The position numbers were made by a program, and so were the translations under genes. The notes under the pieces were generated by a model. That model did not search any database. It was given only the letters and a program-made list of their open reading frames with translations, and was not told the origin of the DNA. Positions 1-8,776 of a stretch of 43,875 nucleotides of DNA are shown one piece after another. The stretch comes from an archaeon (GTDB taxonomy: Archaea; Nanobdellota; Nanobdellia; Pacearchaeales; GW2011-AR1): positions 1 to 43,875 of the forward strand of contig JBAXEZ010000002.1 of assembly GCA_037140195.1 (NCBI GenBank), read 5' to 3'. The first letter of the stretch is position 1. Every line of letters begins with the position of its first letter.

Positions 1-85
1 TTAAGGGAAAGAAAGTAAACAAGCCAGTTACTTGTTTAGATGTAGAGAAGACAATTAACTTGGGGTAAGATTTTTTGAGAATAAA

Positions 86-93
86 TTTATATA
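86..93 (+). promoter_or_regulatory. TATA-box-like element (TTTATATA) centred ~26 nt upstream of the ATG at 115
   Basis: Read directly from the sequence. The spacing matches an archaeal TATA-to-TSS distance with little or no leader. Confidence 0.35.
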
Positions 94-114
94 GTTATAT
101 TCTATGAGTTTGTT

Positions 115-1854
115 ATGGAAAGAGAAGGTGATAACTCAAAACTGTTTTTGATTGGAGGAATAGTTGTTCTTCTTTTAATAATCCTTGGTGCATTTTTTTG
201 GTTAAATTCTTCTGATATCCCCTCAGAAAATAATCCTCAAAATATTTCTTCTGAGGAAGACTTTGTTCCTGTCGTTACTTCTGGAGGATGTGACAAATTG
301 GGTTTGGATGTAGCGAGTGAATCTAGATTTAGCTGCTTTGATAGCAAAAATAAGTTAGTTAAATTATACATAAGTCGTTCCGGAGAAAATGTTGTTTTTA
401 ATAGGCTGGACTTTGTTTTATATTCTTCAAATGATACAGTTGAGTATACTTCTAATTATGGTTTAGCTCCAGGTTCGTTTTATAGTTATAATATAGCATT
501 TACAGAAGACAGTTTAGAAAAAATCGAGATTACTCCGATTGTTCAGAGTGATGGTGAGGAAGAGGAATGTGTTAAAATTTATGTTAATTCTATTTCACCG
601 TGTGTAACTGAAGAATCTACAGTTGAACCTGCGCCAGGATATTATTTAGATGAAAATCTAAATGTTGTTTTAGTAAATGAAACAGCAAATAATACTATAA
701 ATGCGAGCACAAATAAATCTTCTGAGATTCTGACTGTATTTTCTAGTAAACCTCAAAAGAAGATCCTAAATTTTAGTTTTGAAGAGTTTGGTGATTCTGC
801 AGGAGTTATTGATGAATTAAGACATAGTATTACTGTTATTCTCCCAGAAGGTAGTTCAAAAGAATCTCTAACTCCTAAAATAACTATTTCTATAAATGCA
901 TCTATTTCTCCTTCGGTTGATTTGGTGAAAAATTTTACTTCTCCTAGGGTTTACATGATTACGGCTTCCGATGAAAGTACTCAAAAGTATACTGTTTATG
1001 TGGAAACGTTTGTTCCTCCCGTTGAAGTTGTAATTCCTGAAGCAAATGCTCCTTCGGTTTATTTGTTTAATATCGAAAGTTCAAATAGTACTTCAAGAAG
1101 TATTAAGTTTAATGTCTCTGATGAAAATAATCTTCTTGTCTGTTCTTTATTTTCTAATAATGTACTACAGAAGAATTTAACAAATCTAGTTAATATTTCA
1201 ACTAACTTCTTCGATTTAACTAATTTGGCTGTTGGAAGTTATTCTGTGTTTGTTAAATGTACTGATACTTTTAATAATACTGGTTCTTCGGCTGTTTCTA
1301 GTTTTAATGTAGTTGCTCCGACGGTTGTTGTAACTCCTCCGGTTGTCATAACACCTCCAGTAACTCCGCCGCCAGCTACTCTAACCCCCCCAATAACTCC
1401 TCCCCCTGTTGCTCCAGTAATTGTAACTCAGGTATCAAATACTATTGCGGGTGAATGGAGTACAGATTTGGCTGCAGCTAGTGCGATGGCTACTGCAAAT
1501 AAAAAGTTTTACATCATTAATATTGGAAATTTAGTTAATTGCGGTTATTGCCAAAAGGCGGAAGCAGGAGTATTTAGTAAACCAGAATTTAAGGCATGGG
1601 CAAAAGCAAATGGGATTGCCATGATTTATGCTGACGATAGATATAAGGATAAGGAGCCTACAAAGTCAATTTATTATCGTTATGTTAATTACAACATAGA
1701 TTATCCGCAGATAATTATTGTCGGATATGAAAGTCAGAGTGCTATTGCCTCATTTGAGTTTAGGTCGGGAAAACCAATAAATGGGCTTATAGCACGTATT
1801 ACTCCTTCTTCATTTATAGAACTTGTAGATTCTTATACTTCGAGATATAAATAA
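115..1854 (+). CDS. Membrane-anchored surface protein: N-terminal TM helix, beta-sandwich-like repeats, Pro/Thr/Val linker, C-terminal thioredoxin-fold domain with a CGYC motif
   Basis: 579-aa ORF. TM segment LFLIGGIVVLLLIILGAFFWL. Many N-x-S/T sequons. Linker VVVTPPVVITPPVTPPPATLTPPITPPPVAPV (nt ~1315-1431). The C-terminus EWSTDLAAASAMA..KKFYIINIGNLVNCGYCQKAEAGVFSKPEFKAWAKANGIAMIYADD resembles Thioredoxin_7/DUF255-type domains (CxxC at nt 1540-1551). Confidence 0.7.
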   Translation: MEREGDNSKLFLIGGIVVLLLIILGAFFWLNSSDIPSENNPQNISSEEDFVPVVTSGGCDKLGLDVASESRFSCFDSKNKLVKLYISRSGENVVFNRLDFVLYSSNDTVEYTSNYGLAPGSFYSYNIAFTEDSLEKIEITPIVQSDGEEEECVKIYVNSISPCVTEESTVEPAPGYYLDENLNVVLVNETANNTINASTNKSSEILTVFSSKPQKKILNFSFEEFGDSAGVIDELRHSITVILPEGSSKESLTPKITISINASISPSVDLVKNFTSPRVYMITASDESTQKYTVYVETFVPPVEVVIPEANAPSVYLFNIESSNSTSRSIKFNVSDENNLLVCSLFSNNVLQKNLTNLVNISTNFFDLTNLAVGSYSVFVKCTDTFNNTGSSAVSSFNVVAPTVVVTPPVVITPPVTPPPATLTPPITPPPVAPVIVTQVSNTIAGEWSTDLAAASAMATANKKFYIINIGNLVNCGYCQKAEAGVFSKPEFKAWAKANGIAMIYADDRYKDKEPTKSIYYRYVNYNIDYPQIIIVGYESQSAIASFEFRSGKPINGLIARITPSSFIELVDSYTSRYK

Positions 1855-1887
1855 AAAGATTTAAAACCTGCGTGGTTATATAGTTCT

Positions 1888-4662
1888 ATGATAAAACAGA
1901 GGGTAATTTTATTTTTAGTTATTTTAGTTGTTGGAATTTTTTTAGTGGGGGAGGTTAATGCGACCACCACTAACCAACTAATTAGTTCTGCTGCTAATTT
2001 TAATTATATTGTGGGTAATGCTGGTTCTCAGTGTTTTGATATTGGAATGGCTGTAAATTCTTTTTACTTATATACTTTTGTTAATCAATCGGATTCTACC
2101 TCAGGACCACTATATCACTCAGGATTTTACGTTGCTTTGTATAATAGTACTTGGGGGAGGATTGGTGATTCAACTAAGGGGTATTATACGGGTGATTTTT
2201 CTGGGACGTTAGACTTAGGTACTATTTCCTCTTTAAATGTTGGTTATGTGTGTCTCAGTACTAGTGCGTATCGATATTATAATAATGCCTGGCGTTCTGA
2301 CTCCTCAATTGGGTTTCCGTTTACGTTAACGGTTAATGGTTTTGGTGCTGTTGTACCGACTTGTGCAGAGAAATATCCGATTACTCCTCCTTGTGGCACT
2401 TATCCTAATTGTCGTGCATGTACTTGTGCGGATCCTCCAACAAATAATTGTGGCACTATTGGTTCTTGTCATACTTGTTCTTATGGTGCTTGCAGTACTC
2501 CTCCTAATGGTGGAAGTTATTCTGTAGCGCCAAATACTGGTTTATGTTCTGTTGGAACAAATAGTGCTGTGTCTGAATTATTTCATTCAGTTAATGGTGC
2601 GGTACATTTAGATGGATGGACCTGGAATTGTACATCAACAGATAGCACTGCTAGTTGTTCTGCAAATTATGTTTCTCCAGCATGTGTTGATAATGGTGCA
2701 TGTACTGCAGCAGGTACTTGTGTTGGTTCTACTTGTACTACAAATTGCGGTGTTTCTATTTCTGGAACTAAAACTTGCGGTGCTCCTGTTACTTTATCAG
2801 ATGTAGATGGAGATAATTATTATGAGATTCATAATTGTACTGAATTACAAAATATGTCGGCTAATTTAACTGCGAACTATGAATTAGCTAATGATATCAA
2901 CTGTATCAATACTTCTAATCCAAGTTCTGTTCTGTGGCATAGCGGTGCAGGATTTATGCCGATAGGCGGGGAAACTAGTCAGATTGTATTTAATGGTAAT
3001 TTTAAAGGAAATGGATTTACTATTTCTAATTTGTATATTAATCGATCTACAAGAGTTTATTCTGGCTTGTTCGGTTTTACCAATCGTAGTAATATTTCGG
3101 ATGTGGGGTTGGTTAACGTTAATATTACTTCTTATGGTCAAGTTGGTAGTTTGGTGGGATATCAAGCTTGGGGAATAATTGAAAGATCTTATTCTACTGG
3201 AACTTTGGAGGGGTTAGTATACGTTGGAGGGTTGGTCGGAGTTCAAGCAGGAGGGATAATAAATAATTCATATTCGCGGGCAGTTATAACTAATTCAATC
3301 TCTATGAGCAGCTCGGAGTTATATCCTTTTGGTGGGCTGGTTGCAATGCAACAACCCGGAAGTATTTATAATTCATATTCTACTGGAAAGATAAACGTAA
3401 CTTTCGAATCTATAAATCTGCAAGCATTAGGGATTTATTTTAATGGAGGGTTATTGGGCGGGCCAATTTCTAGTTCAGTTGCTAGTTCTTCTTATTGGGA
3501 TATGAATACTTCGAATAGAACTGTTTCTGCAGCAGGAACTGGGAGAAACACAACTCAAATGCAAACGCAGTCTACCTTTTCTGGATGGAATTTTACGAAT
3601 ATCTGGGGAATAAATTCCTCGATTAATGATGGATATCCTTTTTTAAGAGTGCAGGGGTTAACATATGTTCCCTCTTTATCTTCCTCGATGAATTGGACAG
3701 ATCTTAAAGGTGCTTCAATAAACAAAATTGATAAAGAAGACAGCGTGATTTTATTTTTCGGAAATGAAAATAGAAATGTTGAGGTGAACTATATGATTAA
3801 TAAAACTGGTTTGGCAACTGCAGTTTTATCTGGAACAACAAATAAAGGATTTGCTGTATGGAAAGCAAACGAATTAGGTAATTATACCTTTAGTATAACA
3901 AAAGATAATTGGGTAACTAGAGCTATCTCTGGGCCTTTAAATGTTACCAATGTTACTAATAATGCTCTTGCTGTTATCGATTCTATTATTCCAGTTAATG
4001 GGAAGCGTTTTTCAGTTGGTCAATTAATATGGTTTAATCAATCTTCTAGCGATGAAGATGACTTATTGAATTTGCTTTGGAATTTTAAGGATGGAAATAC
4101 TAAGTCAATTGATAATTATTCTTCCTTCGAAAATTCTTTAAATTCTAGTTTTGGAAGTATACAATATAATTATTCTGTTGCGGGGAATTATTTAGTTGAG
4201 CTGACTGCTAAAGAATCAGAAAGAGAGCAAGAAGCGGTTAAGTTTGCTAATATTCATATTCTTCAAACAGGAGTAAACGTTGTTCCAGTTATAACAACTC
4301 CTACAAATGGAGAGGTATACATTTCAGCAAATGATTTATATGTTACTTTTAATGCTTCTCAAACTTATGTAGTTAATTGTACTCTTTGTACTACTGGATG
4401 TTCTGGAGAAAGAGATAATGGGTTTTATAGCGAGGATGGAAAATTAAACTGTACCTATATGCATACTCCTGGAACGCGTATAAATAGCAATTTGTTAGAT
4501 CACAGTTTATTTTTTAATTGGACAACAGGGGACGGGGTTTCTTATTCTGGATATTGGAATGAAACAAATTATTATGGCTCTGTTGAGTTTGTGCATAGAT
4601 ATGCTAATCCCGGGAGATACACTGCTTCTCTGGCTGTTAGTTATCAAGGAGGGATTGTATGA
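1888..4662 (+). CDS. Secreted Cys-rich surface protein with a GLUG-motif domain and C-terminal PKD-like domains
   Basis: 924-aa ORF with signal-like N-terminus MIKQRVILFLVILVVGIFLVGEVNA. Cys-rich block (CVDNGACTAAGTCVGSTCTTNCG). GLUG-type repeats (GLFG, VGSLVGY, GGLVGVQAGGIINNSYS, WGINSSINDGYPFL). PKD-like segments (LLWNFKDGNTKS..YNYSVAGNYLVELTA; FFNWTTGDGVSYSG..HRYANPGRYTASLAVS). Confidence 0.8.
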   Translation: MIKQRVILFLVILVVGIFLVGEVNATTTNQLISSAANFNYIVGNAGSQCFDIGMAVNSFYLYTFVNQSDSTSGPLYHSGFYVALYNSTWGRIGDSTKGYYTGDFSGTLDLGTISSLNVGYVCLSTSAYRYYNNAWRSDSSIGFPFTLTVNGFGAVVPTCAEKYPITPPCGTYPNCRACTCADPPTNNCGTIGSCHTCSYGACSTPPNGGSYSVAPNTGLCSVGTNSAVSELFHSVNGAVHLDGWTWNCTSTDSTASCSANYVSPACVDNGACTAAGTCVGSTCTTNCGVSISGTKTCGAPVTLSDVDGDNYYEIHNCTELQNMSANLTANYELANDINCINTSNPSSVLWHSGAGFMPIGGETSQIVFNGNFKGNGFTISNLYINRSTRVYSGLFGFTNRSNISDVGLVNVNITSYGQVGSLVGYQAWGIIERSYSTGTLEGLVYVGGLVGVQAGGIINNSYSRAVITNSISMSSSELYPFGGLVAMQQPGSIYNSYSTGKINVTFESINLQALGIYFNGGLLGGPISSSVASSSYWDMNTSNRTVSAAGTGRNTTQMQTQSTFSGWNFTNIWGINSSINDGYPFLRVQGLTYVPSLSSSMNWTDLKGASINKIDKEDSVILFFGNENRNVEVNYMINKTGLATAVLSGTTNKGFAVWKANELGNYTFSITKDNWVTRAISGPLNVTNVTNNALAVIDSIIPVNGKRFSVGQLIWFNQSSSDEDDLLNLLWNFKDGNTKSIDNYSSFENSLNSSFGSIQYNYSVAGNYLVELTAKESEREQEAVKFANIHILQTGVNVVPVITTPTNGEVYISANDLYVTFNASQTYVVNCTLCTTGCSGERDNGFYSEDGKLNCTYMHTPGTRINSNLLDHSLFFNWTTGDGVSYSGYWNETNYYGSVEFVHRYANPGRYTASLAVSYQGGIV

Positions 4663-5426
4663 TAAGTAAATATTTAGTTATTATTTTGTTAATATTTTCT
4701 TTTAGTTTTGTTTGCTCCATAGATGGTTCTAGTCAAGTTTCTTTCTATGCTGGATCTTATAGCTGTGTTTCTAGTCCTTCCGAATCATATTGGCAAAGTG
4801 CTTTAAATCAAAATATTTTTCTAATTCTTAATAGTGCAAAGAGTGTTTTTGGTCAATGTAATAATTCTGCGTATTCTACTATTTGGTGTTGTCCTACCGG
4901 GATGGCTTGCTTTGATGGTTCTTGCGGGTTGAATAAAAAAGGAAAGAATGTTCATGATTGTTCAGATCTTTATACTAAAGAAAGTTGTATTCATGCTCCA
5001 TTAGCTCTTTCTTCTATTGTAATAGAATCGGACGTTGGATGGGGAGGAGCGTGTAGTCGCCCTTCAGTTTCTTATTCATCTGGGGGGAATTTGTGTGCGA
5101 ATGTTTCCTATTGCAATTGTGTTTGGGATGAATCTGCGTCAACATGTGGAGCTACTTGGGTTTTAGAAAATAAATGTAACGATGGGCTTGCTTTGCCTAC
5201 TACTATTAAATCATGTACTTGGACTCTTTTTTCAAGTGAAGATAAATGCGATGAGCCTGATGGAAAAATGACAGTTACTTATTCTGCGTCAGATCCTACT
5301 TGCGGAGAAAAAGTTAAAGAATACAGCTGTGAAGTTTCAACAGTGTTACCTTTCTTCGATAAGTTTAGTTTTATATTTAGTATTTTGGCAATTGTGGGAA
5401 TTTATTTTTTTACTCGAAGAAAATAA
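4659..5426 (+). CDS. Cys-rich secreted protein with a C-terminal TM anchor (type I topology)
   Basis: 255-aa ORF whose ATG overlaps the upstream stop (ATGA). Signal-like N-terminus. 19 Cys counted by eye. C-terminal hydrophobic segment FSFIFSILAIVGIYFF followed by TRRK. Confidence 0.7.
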   Translation: MISKYLVIILLIFSFSFVCSIDGSSQVSFYAGSYSCVSSPSESYWQSALNQNIFLILNSAKSVFGQCNNSAYSTIWCCPTGMACFDGSCGLNKKGKNVHDCSDLYTKESCIHAPLALSSIVIESDVGWGGACSRPSVSYSSGGNLCANVSYCNCVWDESASTCGATWVLENKCNDGLALPTTIKSCTWTLFSSEDKCDEPDGKMTVTYSASDPTCGEKVKEYSCEVSTVLPFFDKFSFIFSILAIVGIYFFTRRK

Positions 5427-5477
5427 TTTTATTCTAGAAGAGGGATTTTTTGTCGTTGTTACTTTAAAATAAAAATA

Positions 5478-5485
5478 TTTAAATA
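5478..5485 (+). promoter_or_regulatory. TATA-box-like element (TTTAAATA) ~26 nt upstream of the ATG at 5507
   Basis: Sequence tatTTTAAATAgtcc. The same TTTAAATAGTC core recurs at 14568. Confidence 0.35.
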
Positions 5486-5506
5486 GTCCTGTTTTCTAAT
5501 TACTAC

Positions 5507-8500
5507 ATGAGTATTAAGAGAGGAAGTGGTTTTGTATTTGTTGCGTTAGCTTTATTTGTATTTTCTATGATGTTTACTAGTGCTGTTGTTAGAACTATTA
5601 ATATTCCAAGTAGTGTAGACTTAACTAAGGGGCAGTGCCAAGTTTTTAATTTTATAGATTCCGCTAATGGAAATACCGCATTTACTATGGATGTTAAAAC
5701 GGTAGATATTTCTTGGGCAAGTAATGGATCTATGGTAAGAAGTGGATTCGTTTCTTCTGCATGTTATCAGGGTACTGGAAGAGTTGCAATTGGTACCTTT
5801 ATAGTTGGAACAACTTCTTCAATAAATAACTATAATCCTAGTTCTCCTCCCCAGTCGAATTCTTATACACTCACTAATGCACTTTCCTCCGGAAGCTTAA
5901 GTGTTTGTTATGTTTCTACTTCTGTTAGTTATTGTAGAAATTTAAAGGTGATTTCTATCGATGTAACTGGAGAAACTTCTTATACAGGTCCAACGAGTGG
6001 AAATACTGGCAGTACTTGTGTTGATAATGGTTTATGTACTGCAGCAAATACTTGTAGTGGTTTGACTTGTACTACTAATTGTGGTGCTACTATTTATGGG
6101 GGTAAATACTGTGGGGGCGGAGCTGGAGTCGGAGTCGGTGCTTGTGTTCCTAATAACGCATGTGCAGTAGCTACTTGTTCTTCTACTACTTGTTTAAATA
6201 CATGCAATCTTCCTGTTCAGGGGACAAAAACTGATGGTGTTTGTGCTGGAAATGCAGGTGTTTCTGCATCTACTACGGTTGGTCAATGTTTTACAAGGTG
6301 TAGTGGTATTTCGGTACAGGATGCAAATTTTCCAATGCCACGTATAATCAATTCTCCTAATTCTTGTCCTTTCGGAACTCGATGTGGTTCTTTAATTAAT
6401 ATTCAAAATATGACTCCCAATAAAATATCTTATGATTTTGTTTGGGAATATAATTATGCGGATGGAAGTTCGAATGTAATTTGTCCATGTAATGCAACTA
6501 CAAAAGTTTATGAAAATATAGTCCGTGCTCCAAATGTTACTGGTTCGTATCAATTACCGATAGTAGCTAATGATTTTTCAAATAAAATAGTTTCTAATGT
6601 TAGTTTATATTTAGTTGCATTTAATGATACCTATAGATCCACTGTTAGTAAGGTAAATTATCCGGTTAGCAATCTTGTTAATGTGCAGGTTAATTATCCT
6701 TGTGATAATGGATGTTATCAGTTGGGATTAAATGCACCTGTTTATTTTTCACCTGGGCAAACAGTAGGTACGACTGTTTGGTACAAAACTTGTGTTAAAA
6801 ATGCTAACAATATATGTTTAAAATGGAGTTCTAAAGTTAAATGTACAAATGGTTTAATATTTAATGAGCAGACAAAGAGTTGTGGTGTTAATCCTAGTTT
6901 AAATTATCCTAATTTTAATTGTAATAATGGAGTTTGTAACCACAGTGGTGTTGCTTCCCCTTATAATTCAGTTTTAGATGCAACAAAAAGTTGTGGAATT
7001 TCAGATTTTAGTTGCTTTGCATGTAATAATGGTTTCGTTGCAGATAGTACTCAAACGAAATGTGTAAAGGCAAATTGTAATGACAATTGTAGCTCTACTG
7101 GCGGGTTTTGTACAAGATTAGAGTCTGTTAATAATGGTTATAATAAAGTTCATAATTGTGTTGAGCTACAAAACATGTCAGCTAATTTAACGGCAAACTA
7201 TGAATTAGCTAATGATATCGACTGTTCAGACACTATTAACTGGAATAGTGGTGCGGGGTTTAAGCCAATAGGAAATATTACTAGTCCATTTACTGGAAAT
7301 TTTAATGGAAATAGTTTTATTATTTCTAATTTAAAAATAGATTTGCCATTAAGTAGTAGTTGGGTTGGTTTATTTGGTCGTTTTGCAGGAAATATTTCTA
7401 ATGTAGGATTGATTAATATAAATATTTCTGGTGGTCAACTTGTAGGGGGTTTAGTCGGGCAATCTTCGGGAATAATTTCTAATTCATATACGACTGGAAA
7501 AGTGAATGGATATGTTGGTAATATTGGGGGTTTAGTTGGACAACAAGCAGGAGGAGTGATTTCAAATTCTTATTCTTTAGCGGAAGTTATTTCTGCTAAT
7601 TATGGATGTGGGGGATTAGTAGGTAATCTTAATTCCGGAACAATTAGTAATTCATATTCAGCTGGAAGCGTAAGTTGTTCTTCTAGTATTGGTGGGTTTA
7701 TAGGAATTAAAGACGGGGGAGAAGTCTATAAATCTTTTTATAATAATGAAACTTCGGGATTGAATGATAATGATGGAAGGGGAATTCCAAAAACAACTGT
7801 TCAGATGAAGGATTTAAGTATTTTTTCAACTAATGGTTGGGATTTTGCAAATATATGGGGAATAAGTTCATCCATTAATGATGGATATCTGTATTTAAAA
7901 AAGAGTTTTGGGGGTATGAACATTAATTCTCAATTAGAGTGTTGTACTGGTGAAGTTTGTGTTCAGTGTAGTGAAGGAAGTCATTTTTATAATGGTACCT
8001 GCGTGTCTGATGATTGTACTAATCTTACTGGTTTTGCTCCTCAAGGATTTAATTTCACTGCTGGTGTAAATAAGACTAATAGCTCTTCAGTTATTATGGA
8101 ATGGAATTATGTTTCTGGTGTTGCCGGTGCTTGTCAATGGAATTGCTCCTATGGATATACATTAAATCTTTCTACAAATAATACTTGTCAAGAAATTGTT
8201 AAAGTTAATTGCACTGCTAATGTTAGTAAGTACATATGTTCAAATCTTTCAATTAGTAATGCTTTCAATAATTCTCAATTGGGTTTCTGTGAAGATAGTA
8301 GTAAGAGTTGTTTTGCTTGTAATACAAATGCTACTTTGAGAGATGGCGTATGTGTCGCTAAGACTTGTGCAGATGACGGGTTAATTGATAATGGCATTGA
8401 ATGTGTTGCCAATATAAGTTGCCCAAGTAACAAATGTACTGTCAAAAGAAATGGCGTAGAAAAATGTGTTCCTGATGGATTAAAAATGAAAGTGAATAAC

Positions 8501-8776
8501 ACTGAAATGTATTGCGATGCAGTCATTGACCATAAGCTTAAACCTTTATTGGCAAATAGTGCGGTTTGTAGTTTTAGTTCTCAATGTAAGAGTAATTTGT
8601 GTGCAGTTAATGCTACTGGTACAATGGTTTGTTTAGATGTTCGGTCTCAAGTAAACTTTATTACTAATGCTTTGATCAGTATTAACTGCTTTTTAACTAA
8701 TGGGTTTAGTTGGTCTTCGACTGCGTATTTAACATGTGTTGATAATAAACAGCAGCAAGCAGGGCTTGGTGCGTGA
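5507..8776 (+). CDS. Very large secreted Cys-rich surface protein with a GLUG-motif domain (paralogue of 1888-4662)
   Basis: 1089-aa ORF with a signal-like N-terminus. It shares the CVDNG.CTAA.TC.G.TCTTNCG and HNC.ELQNMSANLTANYELANDI.C modules with the 1888 gene. GLUG repeats (GLFGRFAGNISNVGLININISGGQLVGGLVGQSSG..GGLVGQQAGG..WGISSSINDGYLYL). The C-terminal half is extremely Cys-rich. Confidence 0.8.
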   Translation: MSIKRGSGFVFVALALFVFSMMFTSAVVRTINIPSSVDLTKGQCQVFNFIDSANGNTAFTMDVKTVDISWASNGSMVRSGFVSSACYQGTGRVAIGTFIVGTTSSINNYNPSSPPQSNSYTLTNALSSGSLSVCYVSTSVSYCRNLKVISIDVTGETSYTGPTSGNTGSTCVDNGLCTAANTCSGLTCTTNCGATIYGGKYCGGGAGVGVGACVPNNACAVATCSSTTCLNTCNLPVQGTKTDGVCAGNAGVSASTTVGQCFTRCSGISVQDANFPMPRIINSPNSCPFGTRCGSLINIQNMTPNKISYDFVWEYNYADGSSNVICPCNATTKVYENIVRAPNVTGSYQLPIVANDFSNKIVSNVSLYLVAFNDTYRSTVSKVNYPVSNLVNVQVNYPCDNGCYQLGLNAPVYFSPGQTVGTTVWYKTCVKNANNICLKWSSKVKCTNGLIFNEQTKSCGVNPSLNYPNFNCNNGVCNHSGVASPYNSVLDATKSCGISDFSCFACNNGFVADSTQTKCVKANCNDNCSSTGGFCTRLESVNNGYNKVHNCVELQNMSANLTANYELANDIDCSDTINWNSGAGFKPIGNITSPFTGNFNGNSFIISNLKIDLPLSSSWVGLFGRFAGNISNVGLININISGGQLVGGLVGQSSGIISNSYTTGKVNGYVGNIGGLVGQQAGGVISNSYSLAEVISANYGCGGLVGNLNSGTISNSYSAGSVSCSSSIGGFIGIKDGGEVYKSFYNNETSGLNDNDGRGIPKTTVQMKDLSIFSTNGWDFANIWGISSSINDGYLYLKKSFGGMNINSQLECCTGEVCVQCSEGSHFYNGTCVSDDCTNLTGFAPQGFNFTAGVNKTNSSSVIMEWNYVSGVAGACQWNCSYGYTLNLSTNNTCQEIVKVNCTANVSKYICSNLSISNAFNNSQLGFCEDSSKSCFACNTNATLRDGVCVAKTCADDGLIDNGIECVANISCPSNKCTVKRNGVEKCVPDGLKMKVNNTEMYCDAVIDHKLKPLLANSAVCSFSSQCKSNLCAVNATGTMVCLDVRSQVNFITNALISINCFLTNGFSWSSTAYLTCVDNKQQQAGLGA

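Noticed and set aside
3-68. Possible 3' end of an upstream plus-strand CDS (open frame ...KGKKVNKPVTCLDVEKTINLG*).
   Set aside because: Only 22 codons are visible with no recognisable motif. It cannot be supported from this window.
2336-3178. Four short ORFs (2336-2527, 2612-2806, 2884-3165 minus, 2984-3178) inside the 924-aa GLUG gene.
   Set aside because: They are alternative-frame or antisense ORFs with low-complexity, Leu/Val/Ile-rich translations. They lie entirely within a long ORF that has clear domain signatures.
8275-8526. Antisense 83-aa ORF inside the 1089-aa surface-protein gene.
   Set aside because: There are no signals and it is embedded in a well-supported long CDS.
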